The notes under the pieces were generated by a model, which ran no database searches, was not told the DNA's origin, and was given only the letters and a program-made list of their open reading frames with translations. DNA of 24,000 nucleotides from Larsenimonas rhizosphaerae. GTDB lineage: Bacteria; Pseudomonadota; Gammaproteobacteria; Pseudomonadales; Halomonadaceae. The stretch lies in contig NZ_JAMLJK010000006.1 of assembly GCF_023700005.1 (NCBI RefSeq), forward strand, positions 1 through 24,000, written 5' to 3'. Made by a program: the position numbers and the translations under genes. Each line of letters begins with the position of its first letter. Within the stretch, counting starts at the first letter, position 1. Below are positions 1 to 7,552 of the stretch, piece by piece.

Positions 1-75
1 ACTCGGAAGTGAAACAGCTTAGCGCCGATGGTAGTGTGGAGCTTCTCCATGCGAGAGTAGGTCATCGTCAGGCAT
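1..75 (+). rRNA. rrf: 5S ribosomal RNA, 3' portion (5' end lies upstream of the window)
   Basis: ACTCGGAAGTGAAAC...GCGCCGATGGTAGTGTGG...CCATGCGAGAGTAGG...CAGGCAT follows the 3' two-thirds of E. coli 5S rRNA nearly block for block. It ends in CAGGCAT at 69-75 and is followed by a terminator. Confidence 0.9.
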
Positions 76-84
76 CTATACCAA

Positions 85-117
85 AGCCCCCGGTCATACG
101 ACCAGGGGCTTTTTTTT
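85..117 (+). terminator. Rho-independent terminator of the rrn operon
   Basis: Hairpin AGCCCCCGGTC(85-95)/GACCAGGGGCT(100-110) has 10 of 11 pairs and a 4-nt loop. It is followed by a T-run at 110-117. Confidence 0.85.
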
Positions 118-123
118 ATGGCT

Positions 124-153
124 AAAAAAACAGCGGCGTCGGCCGCCCGGCTG
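124..153 (-). terminator. Candidate minus-strand-specific intrinsic terminator
   Basis: GC-rich imperfect hairpin at 131-153 (CAGC/GCTG, GG/CC and CG/CG pairs with two 1-nt bulges). A7 at 124-130 precedes it on the plus strand, so the minus-strand RNA reads hairpin then U7. There is no T-run on the plus-strand side. Confidence 0.4.
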
Positions 154-193
154 TGTAAAAAATCGTGCAGGAAAGTGATGCCGCCCCGGATAA

Positions 194-298
194 TTCCTGC
201 TTCCTGCTTCCTGCTTCCTGCTTCCTGCTTCCTGCTTCCTGCTTCCTGCTTCCTGCTTCCTGCTTCCTGCTTCCTGCTTCCTGCTTCCTGCTTCCTGT
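194..298. repeat. Heptanucleotide microsatellite: 14 perfect copies of TTCCTGC plus one TTCCTGT (minus strand: GCAGGAA repeats)
   Basis: Counted directly. Units start at 194, 201, ... 285 and are all identical. The unit at 292-298 differs only in its last base. The array is intergenic, between the rrn terminator and the terminator of the convergent MFS gene. Confidence 0.98.
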
Positions 299-414
299 CT
301 CGCACGTGGGTAAGGGAAATGCTGGAATAGAAAGAAGTGAAGCTGGTTGCGTTATACGTGATCGTATATTCAGCCATTGCCCTCTATTCGATTGGATCCA
401 TGTGATGCGCTCAT

Positions 415-455
415 AATAAAGCCGGGTCATGCAGTTGGCATGACCCGGCTTTATT
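415..455 (-). terminator. Rho-independent terminator of the MFS gene (bidirectional architecture)
   Basis: Perfect 12-bp stem GCCGGGTCATGC(421-432)/GCATGACCCGGC(438-449) with a 5-nt loop. It is flanked by AATAAA (415-420) and TTTATT (450-455), so either strand reads hairpin followed by a U-rich tract. It lies 30 nt downstream of the stop codon at 485. Confidence 0.85.
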
Positions 456-484
456 CAATATGCCGGAATCTGGAAGGGCGAAAG

Positions 485-1858
485 TTATCGCGTCGCAGTA
501 GAGGTGGATGAGGGGGAGTCGGTTCCGGCCTCAAAGGCCGCGCGTTCAACCTTGAGGTACGCTGTCTTCTCTTCGGTAACCACAAATGCCTCCACTACAC
601 CGGGCATGGACAAGAGTTGCTGCCTTGTTGCTTCGGGTGCTGCGGCTTCCGTATCGGAAAGGGCGCGGATCTCACTGGAGAGGTGGCGGGGCGCTGGCAT
701 CTTCCAGATAGCTATCAGCCATATGGCTGCGGCCAGGCTACAGAAAAGGAAGACGGCATCACTGCTAAAATAACTGGCAACCAGGCCGCCGCCCATTCCC
801 CCGGCTGAGGCGCCAAGAAACTGGCTGGTTGAGTAAAGGCCCATAGCCGTTCCCTTGGCGCCCGCAGGTGCGATTTTACTGATCATGGAGGGGAGTGTGG
901 CCTCCATTAGATTAAACGCGATAAAAAAGAGCCAGAGCAGCGCAAGAAGCCACCAGCTATGGTTCGGCAGTTCAGCCATGATGAGAAGTACCACCACAAG
1001 ACTAATGACAGTGCCAATGAATACCGGCCGCATCTTATGGTATTTCTCGGCGATAATGATCAATGGCACCATGGCCACAAACGCAGAAGCCATGACGGGT
1101 AGATAGACCATGCCATGATCAGCCGGAGCAATGCCGAGAGCCTTCAGCTTCAAGGGGACGGCTACAAAGCAGGCCGTCAGAATCAGGTGCAATGAAAAAA
1201 TGGAATAATCAAGGCGCAGTAGATTGATGTCACTGACCACCTTTTTGATTTGCTGGCCATTGAGGCCTACATCATGATGCGCGCGCGGCGGAGCTGACGG
1301 GACAAGTTTCCAGAGTACGACCAGACTTGCTGTGGCCAGACATGCCGTTATCCAGAAAATTCCGGATAATCCTGAGAATCGTGCCACCAGGGGGCCTGCA
1401 GCCATGGCAATGGCAAAGGCTATACCGATGCTCATGCCAATGGTCGCCATGGCAGTAGTCCGGACCTCTTCGCGCGTGTGATCAGCAAGTAGCGCCATGA
1501 TGGCGCCCGCTACAGCGCCGCTTCCCTGTAATGCGCGCCCTGCGATAACGCCTTCGATCGAGCTTGAACAGGCTGCAACAACACTGCCGACAATGAATAG
1601 TAAGAGGCCTGAGGCAATGATGATCTTGCGGCCAAATCGATCGGACAGCATACCGAATGGAATTTGCAGGCATGCCTGGGTCAATCCATAAATTCCCAGG
1701 GCAAGGCCAATCAGGGCCGGGGTGGCATGACTGAGGTCATGGCTGTAAAGCGACAGGACGGGAAGGATCATGAACAGGCCGAGCATCCGCACGGCGTAAA
1801 GTGACGATAATCCCGAGATAGCCCTTATTTCGCTGGGCAGTAATGCAGCTTTTTTCAT
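485..1858 (-). CDS. yajR: MFS transporter of the YajR type, with a C-terminal soluble YAM-like domain
   Basis: 457 aa with a 12-TM hydrophobic pattern. The N-terminal region LRMLGLFMILPVL...IGLALGIYGLTQACLQIPFGMLSDRFGRK closely parallels E. coli YajR. The roughly 65-aa C-terminal tail (LLSMPGVVEAFVVTEEKTAYLKVE) parallels the YajR YAM domain (LLETEGIKEVLIAEEEHSAYVKID, recalled from memory). Confidence 0.8.
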   Translation of the reverse strand: MKKAALLPSEIRAISGLSSLYAVRMLGLFMILPVLSLYSHDLSHATPALIGLALGIYGLTQACLQIPFGMLSDRFGRKIIIASGLLLFIVGSVVAACSSSIEGVIAGRALQGSGAVAGAIMALLADHTREEVRTTAMATIGMSIGIAFAIAMAAGPLVARFSGLSGIFWITACLATASLVVLWKLVPSAPPRAHHDVGLNGQQIKKVVSDINLLRLDYSIFSLHLILTACFVAVPLKLKALGIAPADHGMVYLPVMASAFVAMVPLIIIAEKYHKMRPVFIGTVISLVVVLLIMAELPNHSWWLLALLWLFFIAFNLMEATLPSMISKIAPAGAKGTAMGLYSTSQFLGASAGGMGGGLVASYFSSDAVFLFCSLAAAIWLIAIWKMPAPRHLSSEIRALSDTEAAAPEATRQQLLSMPGVVEAFVVTEEKTAYLKVERAAFEAGTDSPSSTSTATR

Positions 1859-2033
1859 GGATCACTTCAGGGTGATGGTAGTGAGTAATACAGTAATGGC
1901 AGCAGCCTGGGGGTGATAGGGTCGGACATCAAAGTGTGTCATAATGTCGCGCCGCCAAGGGCGGGAAGGTCGTAAACTACTGTTTTTCGGCCTTTGCCAG
2001 GTAGAAGAAGCCATTATATATCGCTTCTTACGC

Positions 2034-2061
2034 TTGTAGGAAGAAAGGCCCTGCCTATAAT
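2034..2061 (+). promoter_or_regulatory. Candidate sigma-70 promoter in the yajR-cyoA spacer
   Basis: TTGTAG (2034-2039), 16-nt spacer, TATAAT (2056-2061). It would give a leader of about 460 nt for cyoA. This is a motif match only. Confidence 0.3.
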
Positions 2062-2116
2062 ATGGCACGGAACTAGGGTTGGGACTCTAAATCCTGTTGT
2101 TTGTTCCTTGAAGGGC

Positions 2117-2150
2117 AAAAAACGTCGGCAAGAAAGATCTCATGCCGGCG
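2117..2150 (-). terminator. Candidate minus-strand-specific intrinsic terminator inside the yajR-cyoA spacer
   Basis: Arms CGTCGGCA (2123-2130) and TGCCGGCG (2143-2150) form 7 of 8 pairs around a 12-nt loop. A6 at 2117-2122 on the plus strand gives U6 after the hairpin on the minus strand. There is no T-run on the plus-strand side. Confidence 0.35.
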
Positions 2151-2522
2151 CTGATACTGTTCTTGCAAGGGCCAATCCCGGGTTATGGCCTTTCAGGCGT
2201 AACAGGATAAGCGCAGCGATGTACCAGCCGTTTATCCTGGGTGTGCATGTTTAACTGCAATAACGGTTATTTCGTAAAGCGGCCCTTTCCTGATGCAGGT
2301 ATGCGTTTTGAATCGTCGCCAACGATATTCCGGGTGCGAAAGTCATGTACGGCATCCTTATAAAAGTAACAGCCTGGCCTGCCTTTATAATGTGGCAGGC
2401 GCTTTCGGTTCGCTGTCTACTGCTATTTGGGCGCGTAGGGGCAGGGGGAGGTAACCTCTGTAAAAGGCATGAGGTCTCAGTGAAAGTGAGTTGATCGTGC
2501 AGGCCGTTCAAGAGAGTGTGAG

Positions 2523-3434
2523 ATGAGAAAATCGAGCTACCCTGACTTTTTTAAAAAGTTGGCCCTGTTAGCAGGCACGGCCGCGCTGTTGAGCGGGTGT
2601 GACTCGGCCATCCTTGATCCCAAGGGGCCAATAGGTGTCGAACAAAGAAACCTTATTGTCATAGCTGTATTGCTGATGCTGATAGTGGTTATCCCCGCTA
2701 TCGTGATGACAGTTCTTTTTGCGTGGAAGTATCGTGCCTCCAACAAGGATGCTACGTATTCCCCCAACTGGTCTCATTCGAACAAGATCGAGGCGGTGGT
2801 CTGGGGCATTCCGTGCGTCATTATCCTTGTGCTGGCAACGATCACATGGAAGACCTCGCACTCTCTGGACCCGTTCAAGGCACTGGAAGGCTACGATGAG
2901 GAGCCGTTGACCATTGAAGTGGTGGCTCTGGACTGGAAGTGGCTCTTCATTTATCCGGAACAGCAAATTGCTACTGTCAACGAGGTTGCCTTCCCGGCCA
3001 ATGTCCCTATCGAGTTTCAGGTTACCTCCGACACGGTCATGAACTCGTTCTTCATTCCGCATCTGGGATCGCAGATCTATGCCATGGCCGGTATGCAGAC
3101 CGAGGTCAACCTGCTGGCCAGCGAGCCGGGTGATTACCCCGGGATTTCGGCACAGTACAGCGGCTCCGGTTTTTCCGGCATGAAATTCAATGCCCGGGCG
3201 CTCGATTCCCGAGAGCAGTTCCAGGCATGGGTCAATCAGGTTCAGCAATCGCCGAAGCAGCTGAATCAATCCGCTTACGACAAACTGGCCAAACCTAGCG
3301 AGGATGCACCCGTAGAGTACTATTCAACCGTTATTCCCAATCTGTTTACCAGCATCATCCATAAATACATGGGTGGGGCGATGCAGGCTGGCAGCGGTCA
3401 CGAAGGTATGCAACATCACGGTGCCGAGGAGTGA
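2523..3434 (+). CDS. cyoA: Cytochrome bo3 ubiquinol oxidase subunit II
   Basis: 303 aa. Lipoprotein signal with lipobox LLSGC, two TM helices, then a cupredoxin-like domain. It is the first gene of a colinear cyoABCDE set, and its stop codon lies 2 nt before the cyoB ATG. Confidence 0.93.
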   Translation: MRKSSYPDFFKKLALLAGTAALLSGCDSAILDPKGPIGVEQRNLIVIAVLLMLIVVIPAIVMTVLFAWKYRASNKDATYSPNWSHSNKIEAVVWGIPCVIILVLATITWKTSHSLDPFKALEGYDEEPLTIEVVALDWKWLFIYPEQQIATVNEVAFPANVPIEFQVTSDTVMNSFFIPHLGSQIYAMAGMQTEVNLLASEPGDYPGISAQYSGSGFSGMKFNARALDSREQFQAWVNQVQQSPKQLNQSAYDKLAKPSEDAPVEYYSTVIPNLFTSIIHKYMGGAMQAGSGHEGMQHHGAEE

Positions 3435-3436
3435 AC

Positions 3437-5413
3437 ATGTTCGGAAAACTGACGCTTGAAGCGATCCCCTATCATGAGCCCATCATCATGGGCGCCATGG
3501 GGTTTATCGTGCTTGGTGGTCTTGCCCTGGTGGCAGCCATTACCTATTTTCGAAAGTGGGGTTACCTGTGGCATGAGTGGCTGACGTCTGTCGACCATAA
3601 GCGCCTGGGCGTGATGTACATCATTGTTGCCATGGTCATGCTGCTGCGTGGCTTCTCCGATGCGATCATGATGCGTACTCAGCAGGCGATCGCAACGGGT
3701 GGTGCCGAAGGGTATCTGCCGCCACACCATTACGATCAGATCTTCACTGCTCACGGCGTCATCATGATCTTCTTCATGGCCATGCCGTTCATGATTGGTC
3801 TGATGAACATCGTGGTGCCTCTTCAGATCGGTGCGCGCGATGTCGCGTTTCCGTTCCTGAACTCCCTTAGCTTCTGGCTGTTCTTTGCAGGGGTCGTGCT
3901 TGTCAACCTGTCTCTGGGTGTGGGCGAGTTCGCGAAAACCGGCTGGCTGGCCTATCCGCCACTTTCCGGCATCAAGTTCAGTCCGGGCGTCGGGGTTGAT
4001 TACTATATCTGGAGTCTGCAGATATCAGGTATCGGTACCCTGCTGACAGGCGTCAACTTCTTCATCACCATCCTCAAGATGCGTGCGCCCGGCATGTCAT
4101 TGATGAAAATGCCGATCTTCACCTGGACGGCACTCATCACCAACATCCTGATCATGGCTGCCTTCCCGATCCTGACCGCTACACTGGGTCTGCTGACGCT
4201 TGACCGTTATCTTGGTATGCACTTCTTTACCAATGATCTCGGCGGCAACATGATGATGTACGTCAACCTGATCTGGGCATGGGGTCACCCCGAGGTTTAT
4301 ATCCTTGTCCTGCCGGCCTTCGGTATCTTCTCCGAAGTGACAGCAACGTTCAGCAGCAAGCGTCTTTTCGGTTATACCTCCATGGTATACGCCACAGCAG
4401 CGATCGGTTTCCTGTCCTTCATTGTGTGGTTGCACCACTTCTTCACCATGGGCGCCGGCGGTAACGTCAACGCGTTCTTCGGAATCGCGACAATGGTTAT
4501 CTCGATCCCGACTGGTGTGAAGATCTTCAACTGGCTGTTCACGATGTATCAGGGGCGTGTCAGATTCACCACGCCAATCCTCTGGACGCTGGGCTTTTTG
4601 GTGACCTTTACCATCGGTGGCATGACAGGGGTGCTGCTGGCTGTACCGGGCGCTGACTTTGTCCTGCACAACAGCCTGTTCCTGATTGCTCACTTTCATA
4701 ACGTTATTATCGGTGGCGTGGTCTTTGGTTATATTGCCGGCTTTGTCTACTGGTTCCCGAAAGCCTTTGGCTTCACGCTCAATGAGCGTATCGGCAAGTA
4801 TTCCTTCTGGTGCTGGCTCGTCGGGTTCTATCTGGCCTTCATGCCGCTTTATGTTCTGGGCTTCATGGGTATGACTCGCCGTCTGAACCACTATGACAAC
4901 CCGGAATGGCAGGCGTACCTGATCGTTGCAGCAATCGGTGCCGTGGTTATTGCCTTTGGTATTTTCTTCCAGCTGCTGCAGATCGTTGTCAGTATCAGGC
5001 AGCGCGACAAGAATCGTGATGTCACGGGCGATCCGTGGGGTGGCCGTACGCTTGAATGGTCCACTTCTTCACCCCCCCCGTTCTATAACTTCGCGCATAC
5101 GCCTGTTATCAAGGAACGCGACGCTTTCTGGGACATGAAGGAAAACAAGGATGCCTACAGCAAGCCGAAGGGTTTCCAGAAAATACATATGCCCAAGAAT
5201 ACCGCTGCCGGCCTGATTATCAGCGCTTTTAGCCTGGTGATGGGGTTTGCATTGATCTGGCATATCTGGTGGTTGGCTATTGTTGGACTCGCGGGCGGTC
5301 TGGTGGCTGTACTTGCTCGCATGTTCAATGAAGATATTGATTACTACGTGCCGGCTGAAGAAGTAGAGCGTATCGAGTCCGAGCATCTCAAAAACATGGC
5401 AAATCAGGCGTGA
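3437..5413 (+). CDS. cyoB: Cytochrome bo3 ubiquinol oxidase subunit I
   Basis: Near-colinear with E. coli CyoB from MFGKL..., including [39 protein letters not shown] and [14 protein letters not shown] prefer ATG 3437, with GAGGAG at 3426-3431, over the GTG at 3431 used by the ORF track. Confidence 0.97.
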   Translation: MFGKLTLEAIPYHEPIIMGAMGFIVLGGLALVAAITYFRKWGYLWHEWLTSVDHKRLGVMYIIVAMVMLLRGFSDAIMMRTQQAIATGGAEGYLPPHHYDQIFTAHGVIMIFFMAMPFMIGLMNIVVPLQIGARDVAFPFLNSLSFWLFFAGVVLVNLSLGVGEFAKTGWLAYPPLSGIKFSPGVGVDYYIWSLQISGIGTLLTGVNFFITILKMRAPGMSLMKMPIFTWTALITNILIMAAFPILTATLGLLTLDRYLGMHFFTNDLGGNMMMYVNLIWAWGHPEVYILVLPAFGIFSEVTATFSSKRLFGYTSMVYATAAIGFLSFIVWLHHFFTMGAGGNVNAFFGIATMVISIPTGVKIFNWLFTMYQGRVRFTTPILWTLGFLVTFTIGGMTGVLLAVPGADFVLHNSLFLIAHFHNVIIGGVVFGYIAGFVYWFPKAFGFTLNERIGKYSFWCWLVGFYLAFMPLYVLGFMGMTRRLNHYDNPEWQAYLIVAAIGAVVIAFGIFFQLLQIVVSIRQRDKNRDVTGDPWGGRTLEWSTSSPPPFYNFAHTPVIKERDAFWDMKENKDAYSKPKGFQKIHMPKNTAAGLIISAFSLVMGFALIWHIWWLAIVGLAGGLVAVLARMFNEDIDYYVPAEEVERIESEHLKNMANQA

Positions 5414-5416
5414 ACT

Positions 5417-6037
5417 ATGTCGACTGAAGCTTTGAATCAACATGACGCTCATGCCTCCGGGCATGAGCACGAGCACCACGATGCATCAGATGCCAAGGTT
5501 CTGGGTTTCTGGGTCTATCTAATGACCGACTGCATCCTGTTTGCCACTGTTTTTGCTACCTTTGCAGTGCTGGCAAACAGCTATGCAGGTGGCCCGACGG
5601 GCGCAGATATCTTCGAGCTGCCATTTGTGCTGGTCGAAACCATGATTCTTCTGGTAAGTAGTTTTACCTTTGGCATGGCATCCATTGCCTCCCACAAGGG
5701 TGACTCTGCACCAGTGCTGCGCTGGCTGGCTATTACAGCCCTGCTGGGCCTTTCTTTCATCATCATGGAAATCTATGAGTTTCATCATCTGATTGTTGAA
5801 GGGTATGGACCGGATCGCAGTGCCTTCCTGTCGGCCTTCTTTACTCTGGTGGGTACCCATGGACTTCACGTGACCTGTGGTTTGATCTGGCTCGTGGTCA
5901 TGATGGTGCAAATCAAGAAAAATGGCCTGAATACTGCCAACAACACTCGGATGATGAATCTGAGTCTGTTCTGGCACTTCCTGGATATTATCTGGATTTT
6001 TGTATTCACCGTTGTCTATCTGCTGGGGACGTTGTAA
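5417..6037 (+). CDS. cyoC: Cytochrome bo3 ubiquinol oxidase subunit III
   Basis: 206 aa. The blocks [53 protein letters not shown] and [19 protein letters not shown] match E. coli CyoC. Confidence 0.95.
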   Translation: MSTEALNQHDAHASGHEHEHHDASDAKVLGFWVYLMTDCILFATVFATFAVLANSYAGGPTGADIFELPFVLVETMILLVSSFTFGMASIASHKGDSAPVLRWLAITALLGLSFIIMEIYEFHHLIVEGYGPDRSAFLSAFFTLVGTHGLHVTCGLIWLVVMMVQIKKNGLNTANNTRMMNLSLFWHFLDIIWIFVFTVVYLLGTL

Positions 6038-6372
6038 TGGCACATTCAGAGCATACAACACATGGTGGCGCCAGCCATGGGACGGTCAAGTCCTACATCG
6101 TCGGGTTTGTGCTGTCAGTCATCCTGACAGTCATTCCCTTCTGGATGGTGATGAGTGGTTCGTTCTCAAAGGCCACTACAGCAATCAGTATCTTTGTGCT
6201 GGCCTTCATTCAATTGTTTGTGCACCTGGTTTACTTCCTGCACATGAATCGTTCTTCGGAACAGCAATGGAATGTAATGGCGTTCATCTACACACTTATC
6301 ATGGTTGTCATTCTGGTCATCGGGTCGCTCTGGATCATGTTGAACCTTAATTTCAACATGATGGTGCGCTGA
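6037..6372 (+). CDS. cyoD: Cytochrome bo3 ubiquinol oxidase subunit IV
   Basis: 111 aa and three TM helices. TAATG stop/start overlap with cyoC. The motif SYIVGFVLSVILT and its position in the operon fit CyoD. Confidence 0.9.
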   Translation: MAHSEHTTHGGASHGTVKSYIVGFVLSVILTVIPFWMVMSGSFSKATTAISIFVLAFIQLFVHLVYFLHMNRSSEQQWNVMAFIYTLIMVVILVIGSLWIMLNLNFNMMVR

Positions 6373-6387
6373 GAAGCCTTTGACTGA

Positions 6388-7245
6388 ATGTTTAAAAACT
6401 ATGTTCAGATAACGAAGCCGGGCATTATCTTTGGCAATTTGATATCTGTAACAGGGGGCTTTTTCCTGGCTTCTCAAGGAAGCCCGGATTGGCCCCTTTT
6501 TATCGCGACCCTGTTGGGCGTATCACTGGTGATCGCTTCGGGTTGCGTTATCAACAACTATGTTGATAGAGATATTGATTGTCGGATGGAGCGTACGGAA
6601 AAGCGGGTCCTTGTTCAGGGGCTCATTTCCCCGCAGATATGTCTTCCCTATGCCGCTGGCCTTGGGTTGGCGGGAGTATGGTTGCTGTGGGCATTTGCCA
6701 ACGCTGTAGCCGTCATATTCGCCTTCCTTGGATTCTTCGTTTACGTCGTTCTTTATACGCTGTGGCTCAAGCGTGGCTCCGTGCACGGTACGCTGGTTGG
6801 TAGTATCTCGGGGGCCTGTCCGCCGGTCATCGGATATTGCGCCGTATCGGGTCAGTTTGATGTTGCCGCTTTCTGCTTGCTGGTTATTTTCAGCCTGTGG
6901 CAGATGCCCCATTCCTATGCGATCGGCATCTTCCGGTATGATGATTACGCTTCTGCCTCCATCCCGGTGCTTCCGGTTCACGGTGGTGTTGCAAAGGCCA
7001 AGCGTCACATCACGGCTTACATTGTGGCTTTCTGGATATCCGCACTGTCCCTGACATGGTTTGGGTATACCGGCTGGCTTTATTTTATTGTCGCGTTCGT
7101 TCTTGGGGCTTACTGGCTTTACCTGGCGGTATGCCCCAAAGCCGCAACAAATGATAAACAGTGGGCAAAACGACTGTTTTTCTTTTCCATTATTATTGTG
7201 ATGGTGCTGAGCCTGGCCATGGGGGTCGACTATACGTCGCACTGA
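6388..7245 (+). CDS. cyoE: Protoheme IX farnesyltransferase (heme O synthase)
   Basis: 285 aa polytopic protein of the UbiA prenyltransferase family, with NNYVDRDID (NxxxDxxxD). It is the last gene of the cyo operon. Confidence 0.93.
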   Translation: MFKNYVQITKPGIIFGNLISVTGGFFLASQGSPDWPLFIATLLGVSLVIASGCVINNYVDRDIDCRMERTEKRVLVQGLISPQICLPYAAGLGLAGVWLLWAFANAVAVIFAFLGFFVYVVLYTLWLKRGSVHGTLVGSISGACPPVIGYCAVSGQFDVAAFCLLVIFSLWQMPHSYAIGIFRYDDYASASIPVLPVHGGVAKAKRHITAYIVAFWISALSLTWFGYTGWLYFIVAFVLGAYWLYLAVCPKAATNDKQWAKRLFFFSIIIVMVLSLAMGVDYTSH

Positions 7246-7270
7246 TGCCTGCATGAGCCTGCATGGATGA

Positions 7271-7300
7271 CCCGGATACTGATTGTATTCGGGTTTTTTT
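7271..7300 (+). terminator. Rho-independent terminator after cyoE
   Basis: CCCGGATAC(7271-7279)/GTATTCGGG(7285-7293) forms a 9-bp stem with one G-U pair. It is followed by T7 at 7294-7300. Confidence 0.8.
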
Positions 7301-7364
7301 ATACCTCCAGTATGAAAGTGGTTGTCAGGCGGCAAAAGAAGTCTTACTTTATATAAGGTTATTG

Positions 7365-7382
7365 TGTGAAGTGATAATCACA
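7365..7382. promoter_or_regulatory. Inverted repeat TGTGA-N8-TCACA (nested GTGATAATCAC); possible operator upstream of cydA
   Basis: Read directly: TGTGA 7365-7369 and TCACA 7378-7382. It lies about 170 bp upstream of the cydA ATG. The spacing does not match CRP (N6) or FNR/ANR (TTGAT-N4-ATCAA), so the regulator is unknown. Confidence 0.25.
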
Positions 7383-7552
7383 GTGCCTGGTTTTTGTTAC
7401 CAGGTCTTTGTGAAAGAAGATGGAAGACGCTTACGGTGTCTTCCAGAACGCCTCGTTGTTATGTGTCATGATGACGCACTTGTTTTCCTTTGCCCTTCGC
7501 TTGGCCTATGTTCTCCTGACCGTACTAACACCCTGCGGGGGAGAGATGACTT

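Noticed and set aside
194-298. Whether the tandem repeat could be a CRISPR array or replication iterons.
   Set aside because: The units are 7 bp and directly abutting, with no spacers, so this is not a CRISPR array. No cas genes are present. The 7-bp period with no helical phasing, and the absence of any rep gene or origin features, argue against iterons.
118-430. Three overlapping ORFs (118-330 +, 165-416 +, 122-430 -) with repetitive peptides (PASCFLL... and GSRKQEA...).
   Set aside because: They exist only because the 7-bp repeat has no stop codon in those frames. A 7-nt unit cycles through all three frames, giving 7-aa periodic peptides. There is no RBS or credible start, and they lie between terminators. 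These are translation artefacts of the microsatellite.
2063-2080. TGGCACG at 2063-2069 as a sigma-54 (-24) element upstream of cyoA.
   Set aside because: The -12 element expected 4-5 nt downstream (TTGCA/T) is absent; the sequence there is GAACTAGGGT. The TGGCA is better explained as one arm of the TGCC...GGCA inverted repeat.
1862-2511. Small ORFs in the yajR-cyoA spacer (1862-2068 -, 1994-2254 +, 2251-2511 -).
   Set aside because: They have no RBS. The 2251-2511 ORF starts at TTG. The sequences are highly basic or low in complexity with no recognisable motif, and they overlap promoter-like and hairpin elements. I treat them as non-coding unless expression data say otherwise.
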